Below are positions 1-12,679 of a stretch of DNA of 64,000 nt, piece by piece (the first letter of the stretch is position 1; each line of letters starts with the position of its first letter). The position numbers and the translations under genes are program-made. The DNA is from Malacoraja senta. Lineage: Eukaryota. The notes beneath the pieces were generated by a model. It did not search any database. It saw only the letters and a program-made list of their open reading frames with translations, and was not told the origin of the DNA. The DNA lies in assembly GCA_038087875.1 (NCBI GenBank), contig CM075992.1, positions 11,348,001-11,412,000 of the forward strand. Reading direction: 5' to 3'.

Positions 1-565
1 TGGTGCATTTTGGCATGTTACAGTTGTGCAGCGTATTGGTGAGGCTGCACTTGAAGTAGGATGTTCACTTATTGTCACCCTGCTAGAGGAAGGATGCCAT
101 TAAGCTGGAGAGAGTGCAAAGAAGATTTAGGAGGATTTAGGAAGTCAAGGGGCTGAGCTATTGGGAGAGGTTTGGCCAGATAGGTCTTTATTCCTTGGAG
201 CACAAGAGGCTGAGGGATGATAATATAAATGTGTTTAAAATCATGAGGGGAATAGATAAGGTGAATTCACAGTGTCATTTACCCAGGGGACATAACTGTA
301 AGGTGTGAGAGGCAAGATTTAATATGAAGCTGAGGAGCAACATATTCACTCAGCGCTGCTGGGTAAATGGAATAAGTTGCCAGGGGAGGTGGTTGAGGCC
401 GGCACGATAACATCATGTAAAAGACACTTGGACAGATACATTGATAGGAATTGTTTCAAGAGATGTGGGCCAAACGCAAGCAAATGGAACTAGCTTAGAT
501 GCAACATCTTGGTCAGCACGGGTCAGGTGGGCCGAAGGGCCTGTTTCCGTGTTGTCGGCTCTATG
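1..565 (+). mobile_element. CR1 LINE 3' fragment (degenerate)
   Basis: Decayed LVRPHLEY...KLERVQRRF-type coding followed by the 3' tail ggccgaagggcctgtttccgtg...ctctatg shared with other CR1 copies here. Confidence 0.8.
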
Positions 566-1110
566 GGTCATTGAGACCACACAGGGTTTGGAGTTGAAGT
601 AGTGGTACAAGTGGACAGGGTGCTGGTGGGGCCAAACCTGGTTACTGGGGACAGTTTTGGTTCCTCTATTAAAGCAATGATATACCGGCAGTCCAGAGAG
701 ATTCACTTGATTCATTCTTGATGGGAGAATTCAGGCATCAGGAGTGGCTGATGATATTTGGTCTCCAGTCTGTGGAGTTGAGAATGAGGGGTGATCTTAT
801 TATAAAGCATGATCCTGAGGGGGGGTGAGAGGGTAAATGTGAAGAGAAGGGTGAAAACGATTCACAAGGATGTTGCCTGGATTGGCCAGCTTGAATTATA
901 AAGTGAGATTAGACAGGGTCTGTATTCCCTGGAGCAAAGGTGGCTGAGAAATAACTGTAATATAGTTATATAAAATTATGAAAGGCACAGACAGTCGATG
1001 GCCATTTCCCACCGTACGGGTGTCCAAGATCAAAGTGTATCAGTTGAAGATGGGAAGAGAGTAGTTGAAGGAGATCAGAGTGGTCATTTGTCCACACAAC
1101 GTGTTGTTGG

Positions 1111-1340
1111 TAATAATAATAATAATGGATGGGATTTATATAGCGCCTTTCTAATACTCAAGGCGCTTTACATCGCATTATTCATTCACTCCTCAGTCAC
1201 ACTCGGTGGTGGTGAGCTACTTCTGTAGCCACAGCTGCCCTGGGGCAGACTGACGGAAGCGTGGCTGCTAATCTGCGCCTACGGCCCCTCCGACCACCAC
1301 CAATCACTCACACACATTCACACACATTCACACGCAGGCT
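1111..1340 (-). mobile_element. 5'-truncated SINE with L2-type 3' tail, inserted in a CR1 fragment
   Basis: Minus strand ends gtaaagcgccttgagtattagaaaggcgctatataaat...(att)n, an L2-like tail. CR1 sequence lies on both sides. Confidence 0.6.
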
Positions 1341-1803
1341 GGTAGATGCTAGATGAGGTGGTGGAGGCAGGAACAGTAACAATCTTTAAGAGGCATCCTG
1401 ATAGGTATTTGAACGAACAGGGCACAGAGGGATAGGCAATTAATGTTGGGAAGTTGTATTAGTGACACTCAGTGTGATGGCCGGTATAAGTGAGGTGGAC
1501 CAGGGTGCCTGTTTCTGTGCCGGAGATCTCTATAACCATGTGCAGAGGCAGAGGCTCCAATGAGGGGACATAGTTACCAGATAAGAGAGTGGTCATTTAA
1601 AACTGCACAGGAGCTTCCTCTCACAGAGGTCAGTGAATCGCTGGAATTCTCTACTCCGGAGGATGGTGGACACTAGATCATTTGAAGTATTTGAGGAGGA
1701 TTCAGATGATGTTTTAACACACAGCCAATACATAATCAACATCCAGTAACTGTACACAGTGCACAGTGCACCCCCCACCACACTCTTGGCAATAACTACT
1801 CAC

Positions 1804-1852
1804 CCAAAGAGCCCAGAATCAGCAGCAGAAGCCTCACTTCACCAGGTGGCAT
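1804..1852 (-). CDS. Probable leader (signal peptide) exon of a secreted or membrane host gene: MPPGEVRLLLLILGSL(G), phase-1 donor
   Basis: Minus strand: polypyrimidine acceptor ttttcctctgattttatttccctgcttacatttccag, then a 50-nt exon (1853-1804) with ATG at 1852, a hydrophobic core and a GTGAGT donor. Lies in non-repeat sequence. Confidence 0.6.
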
Positions 1853-2071
1853 TCTGGAAATGTAAGCAGGGAAATAAAATCAGAGGAAAAAGAGATACCA
1901 GGGTTTCAGGCAAAGCTGTATTCTGGGACAGAATCTACAGTACACAAAATAGCTCGCTCCCTCACATAGAGGTGAGATCGCACTCTTCCCCAGACTGTGA
2001 CACCACACACAGAGGTGAGATCCCTCTCTCCCACACTGGGACCCCCACACGCCAAACAAGAGGTATGATAA

Positions 2072-3565
2072 AAGACAATAGACAATAGATGCAGGAGTAG
2101 GCCATTCGGCCCTTCGAGACAGTACCACCATTCACTGTGATTACGGCTGATCACCCACAATCAGTATCCCGTTCCTGCCTTCTCCCCATATCTCTTGATG
2201 CCGCTATCTTTAAGAGCTCTATCTAACTCTCTCTTTAAAGCATCCAGAGAATTGGCCTCCACTGCCTTCTGAGGCAGATAATTCCACAGACTCACAACTC
2301 TCTGGGTGAAAAAGCTTTTCCTCATCTCCGTTCTAAATGGCCGACCCCTTATTCTTAACCTGTGGCCCCAGGTTCTGGACTCCCCCAACATCTGAAACAT
2401 GTTTCTTGCCTCTAGCGTGTCCAGTCCCTTAATAATTTAACATGTTTCAATAAGATCCCCTATCATCCTTCTAAATTCCAGAGTATTCAAGCCCAGTCAC
2501 TCCATTCCTTCAAAATATGACAGTCTCGCCATCCCGGGAATTAACCTCGTGAACCTACGCTGCACTCCCTCAACAGCAAGAATGTCCTTCCTCAAATTTG
2601 GAGACCAAAACTGCACACAGTACTCCAGGTGTGGTCTCACTAGGGCCCTGTACAACTGTAGAAGGACCTCTTTGCTCCTATACTCAACTCCACTTGTTAT
2701 GAAGGCAAACATGCCATTCGCTTTCTTCACTGCCTGCTGTACCTGCATGCTTACTTTCAGTGACTGATGAACAATGACCCCCAGATCCCGTTGTACTTCC
2801 CTTTTTCCTTACTTGACACCATTCAGATAATAATATGCCTTCCCACCAAAGTGGATAACATCACATTTATCCACATCAAACTGCATCTGCCATGCATCTG
2901 CCCACTCACCCAACCTGTCCAAGTCACCCTGCATCCTTTTAGCATCCTCCTCACAGTTCACACTGCCACCCAGCTTTGTGTCATCAGCAAATTTGCTAAT
3001 GTTACTCTTAATCCCTTCATCTAAATTATTAATATATATTGTAAATAGCTGCGGTCCCAACACTGTGCGGTACCCCACAGGTCACTGCCTGCCATTCTGA
3101 AAGGGACCCGTTAATCCCTACTCTTTGTTTCCTGTCTGCCAACCACTTCTCTATCCATGTCAGTACTCTTCCCCCAATACCATGTGCTCTAATTTTGCCC
3201 ACTTATCTCCTATGTGTGACCTTATCAATGGCTTTCTGAAAGTCCAGGTACACTACATCCACTGGCTCTCCCTTGTCCATTTTCCTAGTTACATCCTTTA
3301 AAAATTCCGGAAGATTATTCAGGCATGATTTCCCCTTCGTAAATCCATGCTGACGCGGACCGATCCTGTTACTGCTATCCAAATGTGCCGCTATTTCATC
3401 TCTTGTAATTGACTCCAGCATCTTCCCCACCACCAACGTGAGGCTAGCTGGTCTATAATTCCTTGTTTTCTTGCTCCCGCCATTCTTAAAAGGTGGGATA
3501 ACATTACCTAACCTCCAATCCACAGGAATTGATCCTGAATCTATAGAACATTGGAAAATGATCAC
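2072..3565 (-). mobile_element. CR1 LINE, 5'-truncated (RT region and 3' tail)
   Basis: Minus-strand ORFs with NYRPASLT, QHGFTKGKSCL, VYLDFQKA, KFADDTKL and LVRPHLEYCVQFW; (ctattgt)n tail at the left end. Confidence 0.95.
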
Positions 3566-3771
3566 CCCCCCTCTCCCTCACTCGCCCCCCCCCCCCCAAT
3601 CACCTACACACACAGTGAGATCTCCCTCACTAGAACCCCCCACACACATATAGAGGTGTGATCTCCCTCCCCCCCTCTCCCTCACTGGGACCTCTCACAG
3701 AGGCGAGATCTCTTTCCTCCTCTCACTCCCTCACTGAGACCCCTCCTCCTCACACAGAGGTGTAATCTCTT

Positions 3772-4056
3772 CCATGGTGGTGCAGCGGTAGAGTTGCTGC
3801 ATTACCGCCCCAGAGACCCTGGTTCGATCCTGACCGGGTGCTGTCAGCACGGAGGTTGTACATTCTCTCCGTGACCTGTGTTGGGTTTTCTTCTACACTG
3901 CAAAGCCATACAGGTTTGTAGGTTAATTGGTTTGGTATAAATGTAAAATTGTCCCTGGTGTGTGTAGGATAGTGTTAATGTGTGGGGATCGCAGGTCAGT
4001 GCAGACTGTGGGCTGAAGGGCAAGTTTCGACGCTGTATCTCTAAGCTAAACTAAAC
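3772..4056 (+). mobile_element. tRNA-derived V-SINE (HE1-like) with CR1 tail
   Basis: A box tggtgcagcggt, B box ggttcgatcc, CR1-like tail and (ctaaa)n; tccat on both flanks. Confidence 0.85.
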
Positions 4057-4139
4057 TCTCCATCACTGGACCCCCTCCCACACACACACAAAGATGTGAT
4101 CTCTCTCTCTCTTTATCTCTCTCTCTCTGTGTCTCTATC

Positions 4140-4397
4140 CATGTCATTACATGGAACAGCTTCTTCCCCACAGCCATCAGGCTATTAAACACAACATCAA
4201 ATAAGCTCTGAACAATAACAGTATTATTATTATTGCACTATATCTGTTTATTTATTGTGTATATGGTCTATGGTCTATAGACACACTGAACTATTATCTT
4301 CCGTTTTGTATTATGATTACATATTCTGTTGTGCTGCAGCAAGTAAGAATTTCATTGTCCTATCTGGGACACATGACAATAAAACTCTCTTGACTCT
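4140..4397 (+). mobile_element. Rex1/Babar LINE 3' end
   Basis: NSFFPTAIRLLN-type coding (aacagcttcttccccacagccatcaggctattaaac) and tail gacaataaaactctcttgactc. Confidence 0.7.
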
Positions 4398-4584
4398 TTC
4401 CCTCACTGGGACCCCCCCCCCACACAGAGGTGTGATCTACCCCTCTTTATCTTAGGGCACTACAGTGAGTTAACACACAGACGCACATACACTCACTTAC
4501 ACACTCACTCACAGACGCACACAATCAGTTAAATACCAAAGGTAAAATTCTGAGCCTGATGAAGCGATGGAACTGTCTTCTTAC

Positions 4585-4734
4585 CTGGATCTGTAGTGAT
4601 GTTGCTGTCTGAGATGGAGGGAGATGTGACCACCTACAACCTCCTCAGTCTTGGCGACAATCTTCCCCGAGTGGTGTTGTGTTCAGTGACAGCTCCCTGA
4701 CTAGTCTCCACTTCTGCTTCTCAAGTGAATAAAC
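4585..4734 (-). other. Candidate non-coding (5' UTR) exon of the minus-strand gene
   Basis: Consensus donor CAG|GTAAGA at 4585/4584 and a possible acceptor ccatcctgccctgtag near 4735; stops in all frames; non-repeat sequence. Confidence 0.35.
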
Positions 4735-5349
4735 TACAGGGCAGGATGGCAGTGTAGTTGATGTATGTTTTGGATAAACATGCAAAACAAGCAACCCAAC
4801 ACCTATTGTGGGTTTCTGGAATGAAGAGCTCATTGTTCCCAGTCGGTGAGCTTCCTCTAACAACCGCAGTGACGGGCAACATTGAGCAGGAACTGTAATG
4901 GTGATGGGCAAATGTATGAGTGGGAATGTAGGTCCTGTATTTATCCCTGCCAACTAACTAGGGTCATCCAGCACCACAAATGGCCCTTCTGTCCACATTG
5001 TCTATGTCACACAAGTTGGCATAGTAGGCTAGTCTTTTTCCCCTGCATTTGGCCTCAAGCCCTCTAAACCCTTCCAAACCTAGGCTAAGTGCCGTGTTGA
5101 GGCCAAGTGCAGAACTGAGGCTGAGGCTCGAGAGGCTTCGGTGAGAAGAGCTGAGGAAAGGAGAGCTGAACTAGTGGGCGTGTCATGTTCAAGTCCAGTG
5201 GAACAACAGCAGCAACAGCGGCAGCGGGGAGTTTAAAGAGGAGCCATTGGGAATAAAGTAAGGATGCAGGATCACGCGGGTGTGCTGTAGCTGCATGATG
5301 TGGGAGCTGGTGGACCCCAGTGTGGTTACTCGTGACTATATCCACAGCT

Positions 5350-6160
5350 AGTCAAGTCAAGAGTGTTTTATTGTCCTGATACCGAACAATGACATTCTTA
5401 CGTACAGCAGCACAACAGATATGTCAATGTATATACATGTATATATATACTGTATATGAAGCTATACACATGGATATATATGGAACTATTTATTATGATG
5501 TTTATATATATATCTATAAATATTACCATCTGTTTAATAATAGTACAAAGACAAAATCAATGCCTCCAAGCTGATGTAGTTCTGAGCTTATTTGGCATTT
5601 GTCGTGTTTAACACCCTGATGGTTGTGGATGGTTGTAAAGAATCTGTTCCTGAATCTGAACGTTACAATTTTCAGATTCTTATACCTTTTTCCCGATGGC
5701 AGGAGTGAAATGAGAGTGTGGCCAGGGTGGTGTGGGTCTCGGATGATGCTGGTTGCCATTTTGAGGCAGTGAGTCTTGTAGGTCCTGGATGGGCACATCA
5801 GTACCCTGGTGAACCAGACAATGTTCACCACCTTTTGCTCCCTTCTTCGTTCTTGGGTGTTCGAGTTGCCGAACCAGGCTGTGATGCAACTCGTCAATGT
5901 GCTCTCTACTGTATACCTGGAGAAGTTCAAGAGAGCATTCGTTAGCATACCAAACCTCTAAGGAAGTAGAGGTGTTGATGGGCTTACTTTATGATTGCAT
6001 CAATGTGCTGGTTCCCGTACTGATTTTCACAGATATGCACGCCCAGGATTTAGACGTGTTTGACTCTCTCCATCACCGTCCCGTCGATGAAGACGGGTGT
6101 GTGGATCCTCGGCCTTCCTCTTCCAAAGGCGTTGAGAGCAAGATTGTTGTTCTGACACCA
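5350..6160 (-). mobile_element. Rex1/Babar LINE 3' part
   Basis: ORF 5523-5948 with TVESTLTSCITAWFGN...HPGHTLISLLPSGKRY...RFRNRFF; (cttga)n tail at ~5350. Confidence 0.85.
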
Positions 6161-6174
6161 TTTAGTCAGTCGAT

Positions 6175-7002
6175 TATCCGCGTGTGGCAGTTTCACCAGC
6201 AGCTGTTTGTCCTTTCATCCTTTTTGTTATTTTTAGTCTGTCCAAAAGTTTGTTTTTGGAGGTCTTTTAGTCTTTTTTATGTGGGGGGGGGAGGGGGGAG
6301 GGGGGAGGGGGAAATCGTCTTCTCAGTCACTACCTGGTCAAGAATGCGTCTTTTCTCCAAGTCGCATCTTTGCCCCTTCCTCGCGGCCTACCATCTGGAT
6401 TGGTACGGCCTTTCCTGCCGGAGACGGGCCAGAGCTTCAGCAGCAGCGCAGCACTGAATTACCATCACGGAGCGGGCGATGCCTTAATGGGGATCTCCAG
6501 AGTGTTGGGACTGCTGTTTAACACTGTGGAGCTGTGGTCTGCAGAGCTTCCAGCCGTGGGCGGCGCTGACTGTAACATCGCGAAGTCCTGGGACCTCTTG
6601 TTGGGGTCACCAGCGTTGAATATCTGCCCCGCTCGGCCTGTGGACTTCTGGAGCCACGGTCTCTGGTAGGAAGTGGCCGATTTGGAAACTCTGAGCCGCT
6701 GAGAGTGTTCTCTGTTCTGACGCCGGAGCTCCGATCATCCGAGCGAAAGGGCCTGAAACATTGGGCCCCCGCTGCAGCAAATGCAGAGGGCACAAAGGCC
6801 CTGACCACGGGTGAACAATGAGGAAGGGGACTGAACTTTATTGCCTAATCTCACAGTGGGAAATGTTGGTTCCGCTGTGTGGGGATGTTCATGTTAAATT
6901 CTATCGTGTATTGTGTTATTTTCATTCGTATGGCTGTATGGTAACTCAAATCTCACTGCACCAATTGGTGCAAGTGACAATAAATGTGTCTTGAACTCTT
7001 GA
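6175..7002 (+). mobile_element. Non-autonomous GC-rich retroelement with Rex1-type tail
   Basis: Body resembles 41648-42645 (ccagcagc...tacctggtc...cggcctacca); ends gtgacaataaatgtgtcttgaactcttga; inserted in Rex1. Confidence 0.55.
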
Positions 7003-7235
7003 TTAATCTCCCTCCGATACTCAGACTCATCATCATCTGTAATTCGACCAATAACGGAGGTGTCGATGGCAATTTGAAGATGGAGTTGGAACTGTGTCCG
7101 GCTACATAGTCATGCGTATAGAGTGAGTAGAGCAGGAGGCTGAGCACACTGCCTTGAGGTATTCCTGTTGTGATGGTTATCAAGGAGGAAGTGTTGCTGC
7201 CAACTCTTACAGATTGTGGTCCCTTGATGAGGATG
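7003..7235 (-). mobile_element. Rex1/Babar RT fragment (continuation of 5350-6160)
   Basis: QSVRVG...TTGIPQGSVLSLLLYSLYTHD. Confidence 0.8.
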
Positions 7236-8490
7236 TGTTGGTTGTTTGAGGAATTCAAGCTCAAAATTGACAACCTGGAATCTGAGCTTCAAAAACTGTG
7301 ACACATCAGGGATGGGGAGAATTTCCTGGATGCTGTGTACCTGGAGGCAGTCACACCCGTTAGGTTAACTACATCCAATTCGGTCTGTGTTCAGGAGGAA
7401 GAGGGTGTGAGGCAGGTGGGGTTCAAGAGGGAGTGCTGAATGAGCCGTAATCCTTGAGCTTGTCTAACAGCTCTGAGAGTTTGCTCCCTGTGTGAATGAG
7501 AATGAGGGCCTTAGGAAGAATGAGCAACTGAACCATGGATCAAGGAGCCATTCAAGGTGGGGTGCAGGATGACATGGGTGTGCTGTAGCTCTGTGATGTG
7601 GGAGCTGGTGGACACCAGTGTGGTTACTCGTGAACATATCTGCAGCTAGTCATCGAGTGTTTTATTGACAATGTCCCGAACAATGAACAAGACAAAATCA
7701 ATGCCTCCAAGTCAATGTAGTTCTGAGCTTGTTTGACAGTTGCAGTGTTTAATACCCTGATGGTTGTAAAGAATCCACTCCTGAATCTGGACGCTACAAT
7801 TTTCAGGCTCTGATACCTTCTTCCCGATGGCAGGATTGAAATGGGAGTGTGGCCAGGGTGATATGGGTCTCTGATGATGCTGGCTGTCCTTTTGAGGCAG
7901 TGAGTCCTGTTGGTTCCTTATCTGGTGGGGAAGTCAGTACCCTGCAGCACCAGGCAAAGGGAGCCATTCAAGAGGGGGGCAGAAGAGACACATAGAAGTA
8001 ATTTGAGACTGTATAGTCAGGGGAATCAACACAATTCTCTGTTGCAAGGAACAAGAGTCCCAAAGACTGTGTTTGGGTCTCTGTTTGGGACATCTCATCT
8101 GACCTACAGAGGAAATTAGAGGGGAAAATCTAGTTGTCACAGTCCATGTTGGTACTAACAACATCAGTAAATCACAGAAAGAGGTTCTGCAGGGGGAATT
8201 TGAGCAGATGGGAACTAAATTAAAAAGCGCTGCCAAAAAGGTAATAATCTCTGGATTGCTACCTGAGCCATGAGCAGATTGGCATAGGGTGGATGTAATT
8301 AGAAAGGGAAGCACATCGCACAAATATAGGTTTAGGAGAAGTGGGGTTGAATTTGTGGGACATTGGCATCAGTATTGGGAAAGGAGGGAGCTGTTCCGAT
8401 AGGATGGACTCCACCTGAACGCTGCTGGGACCAGGATCCCAGCAAAATGCATAACTAAGGCTGTAGTTAGGGCTTTAAACTAAATAGTGG
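7236..8490 (+). mobile_element. CR1 ORF1 (esterase-like) remnant
   Basis: Decayed VVTVHVGTNNI, KVIISGLLP and DGLHLNAAGT motifs typical of the CR1 ORF1 SGNH-esterase domain. Confidence 0.65.
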
Positions 8491-8997
8491 GGGGTAGATT
8501 TATTGTATAGTCATAGAGTGATACCTTGTGGAAACAGGCCCTTCAGCCCAAACTGCCCACAATGGCTAACATGGCCCAGCTACACTAATCCCACCTGCCT
8601 ACATTTGTCCCATATCCTTCCAAACTTATCCTATCCATATACCTGTCTAACGTTTTTTAAACATTGGGATAGTCCCTGCATCAACTACCTCCACTGGCAG
8701 CTTGTTCCATACCCCCACCACCCTTTGTGTGAAAAAGGTACCCCTCTGATTCCTCCTAAATGTTTTCCCTTCACCTTAAACCAGTGTCCTCTGGTCCTCG
8801 ATTCACCTATTCTGGGCTAGAGACTTTGTACATCTACCCAATCTATTCTTCTCATGATTTTATGTACCTGTAAGATCACCCCTCAACCTCCTGAGCTCCA
8901 AGAAATAGAGTCCCAACCCACTTAACCCTCTAGCTCAGACCCTCTAGTCCTGGCAACATCCTCGTAAATCTTCTCTGCACCTTTTCCTGTTTGACAA

Positions 8998-9110
8998 GTC
9001 TGAAGAAGGAGTCTGAAGAAGGGTTTCGGCCCGAAACGTTGCCTATCTCCTTCGCTCCATAGATGCTGCTGCACCCGCTGAGTTTCTCCAGCATTTTTGT
9101 GTACCTTCCG
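8998..9110 (+). ncRNA. PLE-terminal unit with minimal hammerhead ribozyme core; 9-bp TSD
   Basis: CTGAAGA-A-GGGT(ttcg)GCCC-GAAA-CGTT at 9013-9040; TSD gtttgacaa at 8989-8997 and 9111-9119. Confidence 0.65.
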
Positions 9111-9387
9111 GTTTGACAACATATCTTTCCTATAATATAGTGCCCAGAACTGAACACAATACTCTAAATGTGGCCTCACCAACATCTTATGCACCTACAA
9201 CATGATCTCCCAACTTCTATACTCAATACTCTGACTGATGAAGGCCAATGTGCCAAAAGCCTTTTTGACCACCCTATCTACCTGCGACTCCACCTTCAAG
9301 GAACCATGCACCTGCACTCCTAGATTTCTCAACACTCCCTAGAGCCCTACCATTCACTGAATAGGTCCTGCCCATGTTAGACGTCCC

Positions 9388-9698
9388 ACATGGCGCAGTG
9401 GTAGAGTTGCTGATTTACAGAGTTTGCAGCATCAGGGACCCAGGTTCAATCCCAACAACGGGCGCTCTCAGTATGTAGTTTATATGTTCTACCCATGACC
9501 ACGAGGGTTTTATCCGAGATCTTCGGTTTCCTCCCACACTCCAAAGATGCACAGGTTTGTAGGTTAATTGGCTTGGGATAAGTACAAATCGTCCCTAGTG
9601 TGTGTAGGATAGTGTGAGTGTGCGGTGATCGAAGGTCTCTGCGGACTCGGTGGGCCGAAGGGCCTGTTTCCGCAATGTATCTCTAAACTAAACTAAAC
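9388..9698 (+). mobile_element. tRNA-derived V-SINE (HE1-like)
   Basis: tggcgcagtggtagag, ggttcaatcc, V-domain-like cggtttcctcccacactccaaag, CR1 tail and (ctaaa)n. Confidence 0.88.
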
Positions 9699-10469
9699 CA
9701 TTCCTAAGACCACCTGGTGAACCGATCAAGACCTTGCTGCAATTTTTCACAACCATCTTCACTATCTGCAAAACTACTCACTTTTGTATTATCAGCAAAC
9801 TTGCTAATCTTGCCATGTATGTTCTCATCAAAATCATTGATATAGATGATGAACAGTAACGGGCCCAGCACCGAACCTGGAGGCACACCACTAGTCACAG
9901 GCCTCCAGTCCGAGAAGCAACCTTCCATCATCTCCCTCTGCTTCCTTCCAATGAAGCCAATTTTCTATCCATTCAGCTATCTCTCCATAGATCGCATGCG
10001 ATCTAACCTTCCAGAGCAGATACCATGTGGAACCTTGTCAAACGCCTTTCTGAAATCCATGTACACAACAGCTCTGCCCTCATCAACCTTTTTGGTCAGG
10101 TCTTCAAAAAAATCAATCAGATTTGTGAGACACGACCTCCCACGTACAAAACCATGCTGACTATCCCTTATCAGACCTTGTCCATCTAAATGCCTGATTA
10201 ACCTATCTCTCAGAATACTATCCAGTAACTTTCCAACTACAGATGTTAAGCTCACCGGCTTATAGTTCCCAGCATTCTCTCAGCAGCCCTTCTTGAATAG
10301 GGGTACAACATTTGCCACCCTCCAGTCTTCTGGCACCTCTCCTGGATTGAAAGATGATTCGTAAATGTTTATTTTGGAATAGTGTGGATAAAGTTAAAGG
10401 TAAGGAGAGCGTAGGAGAGGTTCCCGGTCTCTAGAAGAAGAAATATGACAGGAAGTTCAGAGAGGAATA

Positions 10470-10815
10470 AGACAATAGACAATAGGTGCAGGAGCAGGCC
10501 ATTCGGCCCTTTGAGCCAGCACCGCCATTCAATGTGATCATGGCTGATCATCCCCAATCAGTACCCCATTCCTGCCTTCTCCCCATATCCCCTTACTCTG
10601 CTATCTTTAAGAGCCCTATCTAGCTCTCTCTTGAAAGTATCCAGAGAACCGGCCTCAACCGCCCTCTGAGGCAAAGAATTCCACAACTGTGTGAATGTGT
10701 GAAAAAGTGTTTCCTCGTCTCCGTTCTAAATTACTTACCCCTTATTCTTAAACTGTGGCCCCTGGTTCTGGACCCCCATAACATCGGGAACATGTTTCCT
10801 GCCTCTAGTGAGTCT
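10470..10815 (-). mobile_element. CR1 3' end
   Basis: Same tail and AGNMFPM..SRTRGHSLRIRG coding as 2072-3565. Confidence 0.85.
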
Positions 10816-12140
10816 AACATCAGGCAATCTGAGGGCCATTTGAGAAGAGGGGTGGTGAATATGGAACAGAAAGTGCTATATCTACCACCAGCGGGCCACA
10901 ACCGACACCATACCCGAGTCGCAGGCTCAGCACCGGGCCTACAGTCTCCATGATGCAGACTCCAACACCACGTGGTCTGACTGTGGTGGGTCCTACTGCT
11001 CCCTCCCCCCCTACAGGGAACCACAGTGGGGGTCCCACTGGGTCTTCCTCTTCCCCCTTTAACCAGGTGGCCCCTGCTATTCCCCACCCATACAATATTC
11101 CTCATTCCCCCCTCCTCTCTGAACACTCACCATTCCCCCACCAGACATCGTCTCGGCCTCCATCTACTCACCTGCCCTCCTCCGACTACAATCCCTACCC
11201 TTGTCGTGTCTTCACCATCCGGCCCTACCTCCCCCTTTCTGATACGGAATGGTCTGTCCTCAGCAGAGGCCTCACCTTGGTTCCCCTCCGCCCCACCTCA
11301 ACAAGTTCTGGGCCGCCACGACGTAGGGATTTTATTCTGTTGCATCCGCCTCCATGTCTCTTTCTGTGGGAAGGAGTCCTCACCACCCACCCAGTGATGA
11401 CCCCTTCTCCCGTCTCCACTGGTCCCCCTCCTCTTGGACTTCCCCAGATGGCCCTCTACCCACTTTACACCTTTTTGTTTCCAACTGCGGCAGGACATCA
11501 ACCGCCTCAACCTTTCCACTCCCCTGACTTACTCTAACCTCTCCCCCCTTGAACGTACAGCCCTCCGCTCACTCTGCAGCAACCCCGGGTGGGTGATCAA
11601 ACCTGCCGACAAGGGAGGTGCCGTGGTAGTCTGGCGCGCTGACCTCTAACAGGCTAAGGCCAGGTGACAACTCTCAGACACCTCCTCCTATTTATCCTTG
11701 GACCATAACCCCACAGACAAGCATCAGACCTTAATATTATACACCATTTCTGATTTTATTACTTCCGGCTCTCTGCCGTCCAAAGCCTCCAACCTTATCG
11801 TTCCCCAGCCCCGCACGGCCCGATTTTCCACAAACTCCCCAAAATCCACAAACAGAACTGTCCTGGTGGAACCATTGTTTCTGCTTGTTCATGTCCCACT
11901 GAATTAATTTCCACATACCTTGACTCCATCCTATCCCCCCTGGTCCAATCCCTCCCTACCTATGTCCAAGACACCTCACACGCCCTTCCGTCTCTTCAAT
12001 TACTTCCATTTTCTAAGCCCCCACTCCCTCATCTTTACTATCGATGTCCAGTCACTCTACACCTCCATACCCCAACAGGAAGGTATTAAAGCCCTACGTT
12101 TCTTTCTCGACTGCAGAACCAGCCAATTTCCATCCACTAA

Positions 12141-12288
12141 GTGATGAATGCTGTGGTAGATGTTGGTGTTACATTTTTATTGTGTATTGTGTGTTTGTTT
12201 TTTTTATTGTACCGCTGCTGGCAAGTTCATGTCACTGCACTTTATTGCGCACATGACGAATAAATCTGACTTGACTGACTTGACTTGA
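12141..12288 (+). mobile_element. Short retroposed 3' fragment inserted in the PLE
   Basis: aataaa and (gactt)n tail; actaa on both sides. Confidence 0.6.
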
Positions 12289-12679
12289 CTAATACTCTCC
12301 TCCGTCTAGCAGAGCTGGTCCTTACCCTCAACACCATCTCCTTCGACTCCTCCCACTTCCTCCAAATCCAAGGCTATTGGCACTTGCATGGGCCCCAGCT
12401 GTGCCTGCCTCTTTGTAGGGTACGTTAAACAATCATTGTTCCAGGCGTACACTGGCCCTATCCCCAAACTCTACCTCCGCTACATTGACGACTGCATCGG
12501 TGCTGCCTCCTGCACCCATGCAGAACTCACTGACTTCATCAACTTCACGACTAATTTCCATTCAAATTCATTTGGAACATCTCCGACATCTCCCTACTAT
12601 TTCTCCATCACATCACGTCTCCATCACAGAAGACAGAATATTGACCGACATCTAATACAAACCTACAGACTCCCATAGC

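Larger units (their letters stand above)
1960..4450. repeat. Degenerate minisatellite (cacagaggtgtgatctccct...cactgggaccccc) split by CR1, SINE and Rex1 insertions
   Basis: The unit is seen at ~1960-2070, 3565-3770, 4060-4100 and 4400-4450. Confidence 0.65.
8485..10340 (-). mobile_element. CR1 LINE with nested insertions
   Basis: SLTSVVGKLL, QHGFVRGRSCLTNL, GVPPGSVLGPLLF, FADNTK and LVRPHLEY motifs. Confidence 0.9.
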
